NCBI GenBank assembly: GCA_002269645.1
Contig: NIVC01001004.1
Location: 62,001 to 126,000 of the forward strand
DNA length: 64,000 nt
DNA from: Macrostomum lignano
Lineage: Eukaryota
Direction: 5' to 3'
Numbering within the stretch: the stretch's first letter is position 1; every line of letters begins with the position of its first letter. A program made the translations under genes and the position numbers. Positions 45,160 to 57,496 of the stretch are shown here, piece after piece. A model generated the notes under the pieces. The model searched no databases. It was not told the origin of the DNA and saw nothing but the letters and a program-made list of their open reading frames with translations.

Positions 45160-45846
45160 CAGATTGTATAATTAATTTTTATCAAAGACTCAAATTATTC
45201 AGATTGTATAATTAGCTAAGACTCCAAATCATTCAGATTGTATAATTTGCTAAGACTCCAAATCATTCAGATTGTATAATTAGCTAAGACTCCAAATCAT
45301 TCAGATTGTATAATTAGCTAAGACTCCAAATCATTCAGATTGTATAATTAGCTAAGACTCCAAATCATTCAGATTGTTTAATTAGCTAAGACCCCCATCA
45401 TTCAGATGTATAATTAGCCAAGACTCCAATCATTCAGATTGTTTAATTAGCTAAGACCCCCATCATTCAGATGTATAATTAGCCAAGACTCCAATCATTC
45501 AGATTGTTTAATTAGCTAAGACCCCCATCATTCAGATGTATAATTAGCCAAGACTCCAATCATTCAGATGTATAATTAGCTAAGACTCCAAATCATTCAG
45601 ATTGTTTAATTAGCTAAGACCCCCATCATTCAGATGTATAATTAGCCAAGACTCCAATCATTCAGATTGTTTAATTAGCTAAGACCCCCATCATTCAGAT
45701 GTATAATTAGCCAAGACTCCAATCATTCAGATTGTTTAATTAGCTAAGACCCCCATCATTCAGATGTATAATTAGCCAAGACTCCAATCATTCAGATTGT
45801 TTAATTAGCTAAGACCCCCATCATTCAGATGTATAATTAGCTAAGT
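45160..45846. repeat. 32-34-bp AT-rich minisatellite (CAGATTGTATAATTAGCTAAGACTCCAAATCATT), later an alternating dimer
   Basis: Period 34 (45200 to 45234); alternating ACTCC/ACCCCC variants downstream. Confidence 0.93.
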
Positions 45847-46410
45847 ACAATATTTTTCTGTTTGAATTTAAAGTACCTACAGGTAAAGTCTGCAGTAGTT
45901 TAAGTACGCTCAAATTAGAATGCTCAACAAGCGCGTGCGTCATGACTGGTTGGAAAGAAAAGTTTATTTAAACAAAAAGTGCGAGCAGTGTGGAACTAGC
46001 ATGGCGCGACAAACTCCATCTGTCGGACCATTTTGCTTGCCTATTGAGAGCAGTGCTCATGCTTTGTAAAGGGTTTTATATTCCGACGAGTAACCTGCAC
46101 TGCTCTCTTTTGTTGGGGTCTTTTGATATTTCTTTCAAAGTATTATCTTACTCGCGCAAAACCAAAATTAAGAGCGTATTTCTCAGCCATTGCTATTCTT
46201 GAAGGAATATGATGAGAAGCGATGGCGTGCAGTCCACACTGTCTTTATAGGTGTGTAGCTGTCTTATCACCTGACTGCCCAGGCATCAAAGTAACGGTAT
46301 AAACTAGTATGAGCTGAAATTTTTTAGTACAGCTCTACCGCTGCAGATGCTGTTTTTCATGTCCACCTCATCATCATTCCAAGCTAAGATTGTGTAGCTG
46401 GATTGTCTAG

Positions 46411-47171
46411 CCTCTCTGTAGCTGGCGCCCCCTCTGTAGCTGGCGCACCCTTGTAGCTGGTGCACCCTCTGTAGCTGGCGCCCCCTCTGTAGCTGGCGCA
46501 CCCTTGTAGCTGGTGCACCCTCTGTAGCTGGCGCCCCCTCTGTAGCTGGCGCACCCTTGTAGCTGGTGCACCCTCTGTAGCTGGCGCCCCCTCTGTAGCT
46601 GGCGCACCCTCTGTAGCTGGCGCCCCCTTTGTAGCTGGCGCCTTCTCTCTGTAGCTGGCGCACCCTCTGTAGCTGGCGCACCCTTTGTAGCTGGCGCCTT
46701 CTCTCTGTAGCTGGCGCACCCTCTGTAGCTGGCGCCCCCTCTGTAGCTGGCGCACCCTCTGTAGCTGGCGCCCCCTCTGTAGCTGGCGCTCCCTCTGTAG
46801 CTGGCGCCCCCTCTGTAGCTGGCGCCTTCTCTCTGTAGCTGGCGCCCTCTCTGTAGCTGGCGCCCCCTCTCTGTAGCTGGCGCCCCCTCTGTAGCTGGCG
46901 CCCCCTCTGTAGCTGGCGCCCTCTCTGTAGCTGGCGCCCCCTCTCTGTAGCTGGCGCCCCCTCTGTAGCTGGCGCCTTCTCTCTGTAGCTGGCGCACCCT
47001 CTGTAGATGGCGCACCCTTTGTAGCTGGCGCCCCCTCTGTAGCTGGCGCCCCCTCTGTAGCTGGCGCCTTCTCTCTGTAGCTGGCGCACCCTCTGTAGAT
47101 GGCGCACCCTTTGTAGCTGGCGCCCCCTTTGTAGCTGGCGCCCACTCTGTAGCTGGCGCCCTCTCTGTAGC
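46411..47171. repeat. GGCGCC-core minisatellite type A, reverse orientation (CTCTGTAGCTGGCGCCCC)
   Basis: Reverse complement of the 43741-44217 unit. Confidence 0.95.
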
Positions 47172-47752
47172 AAGTGTAAACAAGTCTCAGTGTTATTAGC
47201 TCACTCATTATTGTGATTTGGTTTACTGAACTTTCGGGCCACAAGATCTTGCATTGTCCAATAATAAGGTTTTTTTAAAAAGCAAGCTGCTTTTTCTATT
47301 CCCAGGCTTCGAAAGCAACGAAAAACCGTACATTCCTATTCATACATTCATAAATGAGACTGTACACGAGACTCGTGAAAAAACACGCTGCTATAGACAG
47401 GTGCAGATAAAGAAACACAGACAGACCGATAGACAGCCATGCAAAGATAAGGAAACTTCGTGTCGGATTGTCGGTCACTATACTCTGCAACAAGTTGAAG
47501 GTTCCTTCTCAAGTCGTTTCACTCTTATCGGATTAAACAATTTTATATATTCTGTAGTAATTTTCTAGGTAATTTTCTATTATTCGATAACTGGACAGAG
47601 AATTAATGGAGCTGCAAAGTGTTCAAAGTCTAAATTCTGACATGGAACTGTACTCAAAACCAAATGGAGTTGCTATGACTAATAGAGGTGCCGCGGTAAG
47701 CATTATAATTATTGCATCTTGCGTGCGCTTCAGTGCTTTGGCGGCATGATGT

Positions 47753-48160
47753 AAATATCTGTGCCATAGATGGTTCATAAATGTCTGCCATAGATGGTTC
47801 ATAAATATCTGTGCCATAGATGGTTCATAAATATCTGTGCCATAGATGGTTCATAAATATCTGTGCCATAGATGGTTCATAAATATCTGTGCCATAGATG
47901 GTTCATAAATATCTGTGCCATAGATGGTTTATAAATATCTGTGCCATAGACGGTTCATAAATATCTGTGCCATAGACGGTTCATAAATATCTGTGCCATA
48001 GATGGTTCATAAATGTCTGCCATAGACGGTTCATAAATATCTGTGCCATAGATGGTTTATAAATGTCTGCCATAGATGGTTCATAAATGTCTGCCATAGA
48101 TGGTTCATAAATGTCTGCCATAGATGGTTCATAAATGTCTGCCATAGATGGTTCATAAAT
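47753..48160. repeat. 26/24-bp minisatellite AAATATCTGTGCCATAGATGGTTCAT
   Basis: About 16 tandem copies, decaying towards 48240. Confidence 0.93.
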
Positions 48161-48563
48161 ATCAATGCCATAAACGGATCATAAATATCATTGCCATATA
48201 GATAGTTAATAAATATCATTGCCATAATTGGGTCATAAATATCAACGCCAACTAATACGACGTACAAACGTAGTTAAGGGTGCAAAAACCCGTGCAAGAT
48301 TCGACAAGCTTTTATAAAGTACACGTGTAGTTTCTACGCTAGACAGACAGCCAATAAATTGCATTGCTGGCACAACATTTGGAGCAAGTCAAATAAACGT
48401 GATATGCATTAAAATCGATAAACATTTTAGCTCGCATTCGGGAGTCAGTGGACTCAACAGGTGGTTCGTTTTTATCGAATTTTTGTAGAGCACGAGCTTT
48501 GCTGGCATTCTCCCACCAGAGCGATAGCTTCTGATGTTGGCAAGCTTAGTAGCAGCCATGTAC

Positions 48564-48868
48564 GGCTGGCGCCCCCTCTGTAGCTGGCGCCCCCTCTGTA
48601 GCTGGCGCCCCCTCTGTAGCTGGCGCTCCCTCTAGCTGGCGCCCCTTCTGTAGCTGGCGCCCCCTCTGTAGCTGGCGCCCCCTCTGTAGCTGGCGCCCCT
48701 TTTGTAGCTGGCGCCCCCTCTGTAGCTGGCGCTCCCTCTAGCTGGCGCCCCTTCTGTAGCTGGCGCCCCCTCTGTAGCTGGCGCCCCCTCTGTAGCTGGC
48801 GCCCCTTTTGTAGCTGGCGCCCCCTCTGTAGCTGGCGCTCCCTCCAGCTGGCGCCCCTTCTGTAGCTG
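48564..48868. repeat. GGCGCC-core minisatellite type A, reverse orientation
   Basis: CTCTGTAGCTGGCGCCCC units. Confidence 0.93.
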
Positions 48869-48878
48869 GTAAGACAGT

Positions 48879-49122
48879 AGCGCCCACCAAGAGACAGGGC
48901 TAGGGGCGCCCACCAAAAGACAGGGGCGCCCACCAAAAGAGACAGGGGCGCCCACCAAGAGACGGGGGCGCCCACCAAGAGAGACGGGGGCGCCCACCAA
49001 AAGAGACAGGGGCGCCCACCAGGAGACAGAGGGCGCCCACCAAAAGAGACAGGGGCGCCCACCAAGAGACAGGGGCGCCCACCAAGAGACAGGGGCGCCC
49101 ACCAAGAGACAGGGGCGCCCAC
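48879..49122. repeat. GGCGCC-core minisatellite type B (GGGGCGCCCACCAAGAGACA)
   Basis: Reverse complement of the 4353-5053 unit. Confidence 0.93.
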
Positions 49123-49201
49123 CAATCTCCATGATTGCCTGTGATCTTCCTGCCACTATAAAAGCCATTTGAACACAAGCGCTCATGGCTCAACCTCTCA
49201 G

Positions 49202-49636
49202 ACTGGGTCAGCCGCAGATGCCTCCTGGGAACCAGCGACTCCTCAGCAGGAGCAGCGGGAGCAGAAGAGGCAGCTCAGCCTGTGCCGCATTGCTCTGTTC
49301 GGTCTGGCTGGGCCGCCACTGCAGATGACGGGCAACGTGGCAGCATTCTACTTCAGCATCTACCTGCTAGAGGTGGCCCGACTTAGCCCGGCCTACGTGT
49401 CCATCATCAGCTTCTCCGGACGGGCGTGGGACGCCGTAACGGACCCGCTGATCGGGCTGCTGCTGTCCTGCACCAACACGAGATTCGGCAAAACCCGGCC
49501 GTGGATCCTGGGCTCGAGTCTTTGCGGCAGCTGCCTATTTCTGTTCATGTGGTGGCCGGTTGCGGCAGCTGAAACGCAGGCTGGCAAGTTTGCCTACTAC
49601 CTGCTGATGCACCTGGTGTACTGCACCCTCGTCACG
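49202..49636 (+). CDS. MFSD2: MFSD2-family MFS transporter, first identifiable coding exon (5' boundary uncertain)
   Basis: FGLAGPPLQMTG...IYLLEVA...GRAWDAVTDPLIG...FGKTRPW resembles the MFSD2A N-terminal half (GRAWDAITDPLVG). GTGAGT donor at 49637. Start set at the phase-0 acceptor CTCTCAG (AG at 49200-49201); no in-frame ATG upstream in the ORF. Confidence 0.8.
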
Positions 49637-49696
49637 GTGAGTCAGTTTCAGTCTGTCTACTGTTGACTAATCATTCCGGTGCACCATTCCGGTCTG

Positions 49697-49741
49697 ACTC
49701 TCTCTCTCTCCAGCCGTCTGACACACACACACACACACACA

Positions 49742-49821
<80 letters not shown>

Positions 49822-49861
49822 AGCCGTCTGACTCTCTCTTCTCTGTCTCTCTACCTCTCTT

Positions 49862-49945
<84 letters not shown>

Positions 49946-49960
49946 TCCGTCTGACTCTCT
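49697..49960. repeat. (CT)n/(CA)n compound microsatellite with CGTCTGAC anchors, MFSD2 intron 1
   Basis: Read directly. Confidence 0.95.
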
Positions 49961-50083
49961 CCAGCTTTCTAACTCCGTGATTTTCCCAACCTGTTGCGTG
50001 AATTGCGCCATATATTTTCATTCCAAACTTACATGCATCGAAACTCATAACTTATCAACAAGTCAAACAAATCCACACCACAG

Positions 50084-50302
50084 TGCTACCACATCCCGTA
50101 CACCTCCGCCACGGTGCTGCTGTCGCCGCATTCGGCCGACCGCGACGCAGCCACCGCCGCCCGCATCGCCTGCGAGCTGCTGTTCACCATCGTTGGCAGC
50201 GCCGCCTTTGGCGCCGTGATCGGCTCAAAGAGAATCGCCACCGAGTGCGGCAATTTTTCCACGAATGGCACCGCCGATATGCTGCTGAGGGCTTCTGAGG
50301 AG
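50084..50302 (+). CDS. MFSD2: MFSD2-family exon 2 (CYHIPYTSATVLLSPHSADRDAATAAR...ASEE)
   Basis: CACAG acceptor, GTGGGC donor, 219 nt, phase 0-0; matches CFHVPYSALTM...ERDSATAYR of MFSD2A. Confidence 0.88.
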
Positions 50303-50329
50303 GTGGGCTGAGTCTTTGTTAGTTCCGTG

Positions 50330-50745
50330 TAGGGTGCCTGGGTAGCCTACAGGTTACCTGGGTAGGTTACAGAGTACCTTCGTAGGATAAAAGATACCTT
50401 GGTAGTTTGCAGGGTACCTGGGTAGGTGACAGGGTACCCGGGTAGGTGACAGGGTACCTGGGTAGGCGACAGGGTTCTCAGGTAGGTTAGAGGGTACCTA
50501 GGTAGGTTACAGGGTACTTAGGTAGGTTAGAGGGTACCTAGATAGGTGACAGGGTTCTCAGGTAGGTTAGAGGGTTTGAACGACAAAAGAGAAATTCGAA
50601 AATTGCTATGCCGAAGTACGAGACCTAGGTAGGTTACAGGGTACTTAGGTAGGTTAGAGGGTACCTAGGTAGGTTACAGGGTACTTAGGTAGGTTAGAGG
50701 GTACCTAGGTACAGGGTATCTGTGTAGGTTGCAGGGTTTCTGAGT
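50330..50745. repeat. 20-bp minisatellite GGGTACCTGGGTAGGTTACA, MFSD2 intron 2
   Basis: Imperfect tandem copies, interrupted at 50576-50622. Confidence 0.88.
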
Positions 50746-51242
50746 AGTGTCTATTCGCTGTGCTCAAGGGTACCTAGGTATTTTAGCTATAACGAGGTTG
50801 CTAAGGTGCAAGTTTCGACCGGCTATTGATAAAACATTCAGCCTTTAAGCCTCTATCAGCTCTTTTATCTGTCCGATTTCGCAATTTCGTCTGTTATAAA
50901 ATACGAATACAATTTAGTTTAAAAGTGCAGAAAAACCGCGTGCACCCCTGCAGGCAGCCAGTCCAGAGTTGTGATTTGCACACAGCTGGGGTAATTTAGC
51001 TTATCTATAAAATTATTATTCAAAGTTTCAACAGACTACAAGTAAGATTTTTGCAGACTAAAAACCCGCGTTGGGTGATCATATTTACCGATAAAACTGG
51101 CTTTTTACTTTTATAGTTCAATGCATGATTACTAATAGCAGGTCCTTTAGTCGATTGAATTGAGTGACAGCCGATTGACAGATACTGGGAAACGAGGAGT
51201 GACAACCGAGTAAAAGATATTGTAAAACGAGGAGTGACAGCC

Positions 51243-51668
51243 GAGTGACAGATACTGGAGGGTAGAGTGACAGATGCTGGGGGGTAGAGTGACAAATACT
51301 GGAGAGAGAGTGACAGATACTGGAGGGTAGAGTGACAGATACTGGAGGGTGGAGTGACAGATACTGGAGGGTAGAGTGACAGATGCTGGGGGGTAGAGTG
51401 ACAAATACTGGAGAGAGAGTGACAGATACTGGAGGGTAGAGTGACAGATACTGGAGGGTGGAGTGACAGATACTGGAGGGTAGAGTGACAGATACTGGAG
51501 GGTGGAGTGACAGATACTGGAGGGTAGAGTGACAGATACTGGAGGGTGGAGTGACAGATACTGGAGGGTAGAGTGACAGATACTGGAGGGTGGAGTGACA
51601 GATACTGGAGGGTAGAGTGACAGATACTGGAGGGTGGAGTGACAGATACTGGAGGGTAGAGTGACAGA
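51243..51668. repeat. 22-bp minisatellite GAGTGACAGATACTGGAGGGTA, MFSD2 intron 2
   Basis: Period 22 (51483 to 51505); degenerate copies from ~51160. Confidence 0.93.
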
Positions 51669-51713
51669 CAAGAGGGCATAGACAAAGATTTCAAACTATT
51701 TGAACCCCCGCAG

Positions 51714-51926
51714 AGAGACAGCTACAAGCTGGCGGCAGGAATCATCTCCCTGATTTATCTGAGCTGCGGCATTGTCGGCTTCTTGGGAATCAAAGAGCGA
51801 GTGGCTTCAGTTCGGGACAGTTCCGAGAGCTTTGCCAGCACGCTTCGGCGAATCGGCGAAGTCATCACCTTCAAGCCATACGTAGCCCTCATGATGGCCT
51901 TCCTGTTCATGTCTCTGGGCATTCAG
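51714..51926 (+). CDS. MFSD2: MFSD2-family exon 3 (RDSYKLAAGIISLIYL...PYVALMMAFLFMSLGIQ)
   Basis: Not in the ORF track; translated by hand. CCCCCGCAG acceptor, GTGAGT donor, 213 nt, phase 0-0; resembles AYLLAAGVI...PYIKLITGFLFTSL of MFSD2A. Confidence 0.88.
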
Positions 51927-51942
51927 GTGAGTAGTTCTCAAA

Positions 51943-54900
51943 GGTAGTTGAGACGATTCTCATCGGTAGTTAGAAGCGATTCTCATTGGTAGTTAGAAGC
52001 GATTCTCATTGGTAGTTAGAGGCGATTCTCATTGGTAGTTAGAGGCGATTCTCATTGGTAGTTAGAAGCGATTCTCATCGGTAGTTAGAAGCGATTCTCA
52101 TTGGTAGTTAGAAGCGATTCTCATTGGTAGTTAGAGGCGATTCTCATTGGTAGTTAGAAGCGATTCTCATCGGTAGTTAGAAGCGATTCTCATTGGTAGT
52201 TAGAAGCGATTCTCATTGGTAGTTAGAGGCGATTCTCATTGGTAGTTAGAAGCGATTCTCATCGGTAGTTAGAAGCGATTCTCATCGGTAGTTAGAAGCG
52301 ATTCTCATCGGTAGTTAGAAGCGATTTTCATCGGTAGTTAGAGGCGATTCTCATTGGTAGTTAGAGGCGATTCTCATCGGTAGTTAGAAGCGATTCTCAT
52401 GGTAGTTAGAGCGATTCTCATCGGTAGTTAGAGGCGATTCTCATGGTAGTTAGAGGCGATTCTCATCGGTAGTTAGAAGCGATTCTCATTGGTAGTTAGA
52501 GGCGATTCTCATTGGTAGTTAGAGGCGATTCTCATGGTAGTTAGAGCGATTCTCATTGGTAGTTAAGCGATTCTCATTGGTAGTTAGAGGCGATTCTCAT
52601 TGGTAGTTAGAGGCGATTCTCATTGGTAGTTAGAAGCGATTCTCATTGGTAGTTACAGCCGATTTTAATCGGTAGTTAAGGCGATTCTCATTGGTAGTTA
52701 GAAGGCGATTCTCATTGGTAGTTAGAAGCGATTCTCATTGGTAGTTAGAAGCGATTTCTCATTGGTAGTTAAAGGCGATTCTCATTGGTAGTTAGAAGCG
52801 ATTCTCATTGGTAGTTAGAAGCGATTCTCATTGGTAGTTAGAGCGATTCTCATTGGTAGTTAGAGGCGATTCTCATTGGTAGTTAGAAGCGATTCTCATT
52901 GGTAGTTACAGCCGATTTTAATGGTAGTTAGAGGCGATTCTCATTGGTAGTTAGAAGCGATTCTCATTGGTAGTTACAGCCGATTTTAATCGGTAGTTAG
53001 AGGCGATTCTCATTGGTAGTTAGAGGCGATTTCATTGGTAGTTAGAAGCGATTCTCATTGGTAGTTACAGCCGATTTTAATCGGTAGTTAGAGGCGATTC
53101 TCATTGGTAGTTACAGCCGATTTTCATCGGTAGTTAGAGGCGATTTTAATCGGTAGTTAGAGGCGATTCTCATTGGTAGTTAGAGGCGATTCTCATTGGT
53201 AGTTAGAAGCGATTCTCATTGGTAGTTACAGCCGATTTCATCGGTAGTTAGAGGCGATTCTCATTGGTAGTTACAGCCGATTTTCATCGGTAGTTAGAGG
53301 CGATTCTCATTGGTAGTTAGAGGCGATTTCATGGTAGTTAGAGGCGATTCTCATTGGTAGTTACAGCCGATTTTAATCGGTAGTTAGAGGCGATTCTCAT
53401 TGGTAGTTACAGCGATTTTAATCGGTAGTTAGAGGCGATTCTCATTGGTAGTTAGAGGCGATTCTCATTGGTAGTTAGAGGCGATTCTCATTGGTAGTTA
53501 GAGGCGATTCTCATCGGTAGTTAGAAGCGATTCTCATTGGTAGTTAGAGGCGATTCTTTGGTAGTTAGAAGCGATTCTCATTGGTAGTTAGAGCGATTCT
53601 CATTGGTAGTTAGAAGCGATTCTCATTGGTAGTTACAGCCGATTTTAATCGGTAGTTAGAGGCGATTCTCATTGGTAGTTAGAGGCGATTCTCATTGGTA
53701 GTTAGAAGCGATTCTCATTGGTAGTTACAGCCGATTTTAATCGGTAGTTAGAGGCGATTCTCATTGGTAGTTAGAAGCGATTCTCATTGGTAGTTAGAAG
53801 CGATTCTCATTGGTAGTTAGAAGCGATTCTCATTGGTAGTTAGAGGCGATTCTCATTGGTAGTTAGAAGCGATTCTCATTGGTAGTTACAGCCGATTTTA
53901 ATCGGTAGTTAGAGGCGATTCTCATTGGTAGTTAGAAGCGATTCTCATTGGTAGTTACAGCCGATTTTAATCGGTAGTTAGAGGCGATTCTCATTGGTAG
54001 TTAGAGGCGATTCTCATTGGTAGTTAGAAGCGATTCTCATTGGTAGTTACAGCCGATTTTAATCGGTAGTTAGAGGCGATTCTCATTGGTAGTTAGAAGC
54101 GATTCTCATTGGTAGTTAGAAGCGATTCTCATTGGTAGTTAGAAGCGATTCTCATTGGTAGTTAGAGGCGATTCTCATTGGTAGTTAGAAGCGATTCTCA
54201 TTGGTAGTTACAGCCGATTTTAATCGGTAGTTAGAGGCGATTCTCATTGGTAGTTAGAAGCGATTCTCATTGGTAGTTACAGCCGATTTTAATCGGTAGT
54301 TAGAGGCGATTCTCATTGGTAGTTAGAGGCGATTCTCATTGGTAGTTAGAAGCGATTCTCATTGGTAGTTAGAGGCGATTCTCATTGGTAGTTAGAGGCG
54401 ATTCTCATCGGTAGTTAGAGGCGATTCTCATCGGTAGTTAGAAGCGATTCTCATTGGTAGTTAGAGGCGATTCTCATTGGTAGTTAGAGGCGATTCTCAT
54501 TGGTAGTTAGAAGCGATTCTCATTGGTAGTTACAGCCGATTTTAATCGGTAGTTAGAGGCGATTCTCATTGGTAGTTAGAAGCGATTCTCATTGGTAGTT
54601 ACAGCCGATTTTAATCGGTAGTTAGAGGCGATTCTCATTGGTAGTTAGAAGCGATTCTCATTGGTAGTTACAGCCGATTTTAATCGGTAGTTAGAGGCGA
54701 TTCTCATTGGTAGTTAGAAGCGATTCTCATTGGTAGTTAGAAGCGATTCTCATTGGTAGTTAGAAGCGATTCTCATTGGTAGTTAGAAGCGATTCTCATT
54801 GGTAGTTACAGCGATTTTAATCGGTAGTTAGAGGCGATTCTCATTGGTAGTTAGAAGCGATTCTCATTGGTAGTTAGAAGCGATTCTCATTGGTAGTTAG

Positions 54901-57436
54901 AAGCGATTCTCATTGGTAGTTAGAGGCGATTCTCATTGGTAGTTAGAAGCGATTCTCATTGGTAGTTACAGCCGATTTTAATCGGTAGTTAGAGGCGATT
55001 CTCATTGGTAGTTAGAGGCGATTCTCATTGGTAGTTAGAAGCGATTCTCATTGGTAGTTACAGCCGATTTTAATCGGTAGTTAGAGGCGATTCTCATTGG
55101 TAGTTAGAAGCGATTCTCATTGGTAGTTAGAAGCGATTCTCATTGGTAGTTAGAAGCGATTCTCATTGGTAGTTAGAGGCGATTCTCATTGGTAGTTAGA
55201 AGCGATTCTCATTGGTAGTTACAGCCGATTTTAATCGGTAGTTAGAGGCGATTCTCATTGGTAGTTAGAAGCGATTCTCATTGGTAGTTACAGCCGATTT
55301 TAATCGGTAGTTAGAGGCGATTCTCATTGGTAGTTAGAGGCGATTCTCATTGGTAGTTAGAAGCGATTCTCATTGGTAGTTAGAGGCGATTCTCATTGGT
55401 AGTTAGAGGCGATTCTCATCGGTAGTTAGAGGCGATTCTCATCGGTAGTTAGAAGCGATTCTCATTGGTAGTTAGAGGCGATTCTCATTGGTAGTTAGAG
55501 GCGATTCTCATTGGTAGTTAGAAGCGATTCTCATTGGTAGTTACAGCCGATTTTAATCGGTAGTTAGAGGCGATTCTCATTGGTAGTTAGAAGCGATTCT
55601 CATTGGTAGTTACAGCCGATTTTAATCGGTAGTTAGAGGCGATTCTCATTGGTAGTTAGAAGCGATTCTCATTGGTAGTTACAGCCGATTTTAATCGGTA
55701 GTTAGAGGCGATTCTCATTGGTAGTTAGAAGCGATTCTCATTGGTAGTTAGAAGCGATTCTCATTGGTAGTTAGAAGCGATTCTCATTGGTAGTTAGAAG
55801 CGATTCTCATTGGTAGTTACAGCCGATTTTAATCGGTAGTTAGAGGCGATTCTCATTGGTAGTTAGAAGCGATTCTCATTGGTAGTTAGAAGCGATTCTC
55901 ATTGGTAGTTACAGCCGATTTTAATCGGTAGTTAGAGGCGATTCTCATTGGTAGTTAGAAGCGATTCTCATTGGTAGTTACAGCCGATTTTAATCGGTAG
56001 TTAGAGGCGATTCTCATTGGTAGTTAGAGGCGATTCTCATTGGTAGTTAGAAGCGATTCTCATTGGTAGTTACAGCCGATTTTAATCGGTAGTTAGAGGC
56101 GATTCTCATTGGTAGTTACAGCCGATTTTCATCGGTAGTTAGAGGCGATTCTCATTGGTAGTTAGAGGCGATTCTCATTGGTAGTTAGAAGCGATTCTCA
56201 TTGGTAGTTACAGCCGATTTTAATCGGTAGTTAGAGGCGATTCTCATTGGTAGTTACAGCCGATTTTCATCGGTAGTTAGAGGCGATTCTCATTGGTAGT
56301 TAGAGGCGATTCTCATTGGTAGTTAGAGGCGATTCTCATTGGTAGTTAGAGGCGATTCTCATCGGTAGTTAGAAGCGATTCTCATTGGTAGTTAGAGGCG
56401 ATTCTCATTGGTAGTTAGAGGCGATTCTCATTGGTAGTTAGAAGCGATTCTCATTGGTAGTTAGAGGCGATTCTCATTGGTAGTTAGAAGCGATTCTCAT
56501 TGGTAGTTAGAAGCGATTCTCATTGGTAGTTAGAAGCGATTCTCATTGGTAGTTAGAGGCGATTCTCATTGGTAGTTAGAAGCGATTCTCATTGGTAGTT
56601 ACAGCCGATTTTAATCGGTAGTTAGAGGCGATTCTCATTGGTAGTTAGAAGCGATTCTCATTGGTAGTTAGAAGCGATTCTCATTGGTAGTTAGAAGCGA
56701 TTCTCATTGGTAGTTAGAGGCGATTCTCATTGGTAGTTAGAAGCGATTCTCATTGGTAGTTACAGCCGATTTTAATCGGTAGTTAGAGGCGATTCTCATT
56801 GGTAGTTAGAAGCGATTCTCATTGGTAGTTACAGCCGATTTTAATCGGTAGTTAGAGGCGATTCTCATTGGTAGTTACAGCCGATTTTCATCGGTAGTTA
56901 GAGGCGATTCTCATTGGTAGTTACAGCCGATTTTCATCGGTAGTTAGAGGCGATTCTCATTGGTAGTTAGAGGCGATTCTCATTGGTAGTTAGAGGCGAT
57001 TCTCATTGGTAGTTAGAGGCGATTCTCATCGGTAGTTAGAAGCGATTCTCATTGGTAGTTAGAGGCGATTCTCATTGGTAGTTAGAGGCGATTCTCATTG
57101 GTAGTTAGAAGCGATTCTCATTGGTAGTTAGAAGCGATTCTCATTGGTAGTTAGAAGCGATTCTCATTGGTAGTTAGAAGCGATTCTCATTGGTAGTTAG
57201 AGGCGATTCTCATTGGTAGTTAGAAGCGATTCTCATTGGTAGTTAGAGGCGATTCTCATTGGTAGTTAGAGGCGATTCTCATTGGTAGTTAGAAGCGATT
57301 CTCATTGGTAGTTAGAGGCGATTCTCATTGGTAGTTAGAGGCGATTCTCATTGGTAGTTAGAAGCGATTCTCATTGGTAGTTAGAGGCGATTCTCATTGG
57401 TAGTTAGACAATTATCATCGGTAGTTAGAAGCGATT
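51943..57436. repeat. 23-bp minisatellite GGTAGTTAGAGGCGATTCTCATT (~240 copies) filling MFSD2 intron 3
   Basis: Period 23 (52021 to 52044); variants AGAAG and ACAGCCGATTTTAATC. Confidence 0.97.
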
Positions 57437-57496
57437 CAGTAATTAGATGGAAATTTTAAGGGTAGTTGGTCTCTGTGACTCGCCTCCACTTTGCAG

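Noticed and set aside
48555-48875. GCAGCCATG plus downstream GTAAGA as the missing MFSD2 first exon
   Set aside because: The frame from this ATG hits TAG within the minisatellite after about 25 codons.
43896-49193. EGAPAT / QRGRQL / GASYR repeat ORFs
   Set aside because: All are frames of the GGCGCC-core minisatellites.
49710-49960. GCCGTCTGA resembling the Neisseria DNA uptake sequence
   Set aside because: A 9/10 match in two copies within a eukaryotic intronic microsatellite; coincidental.
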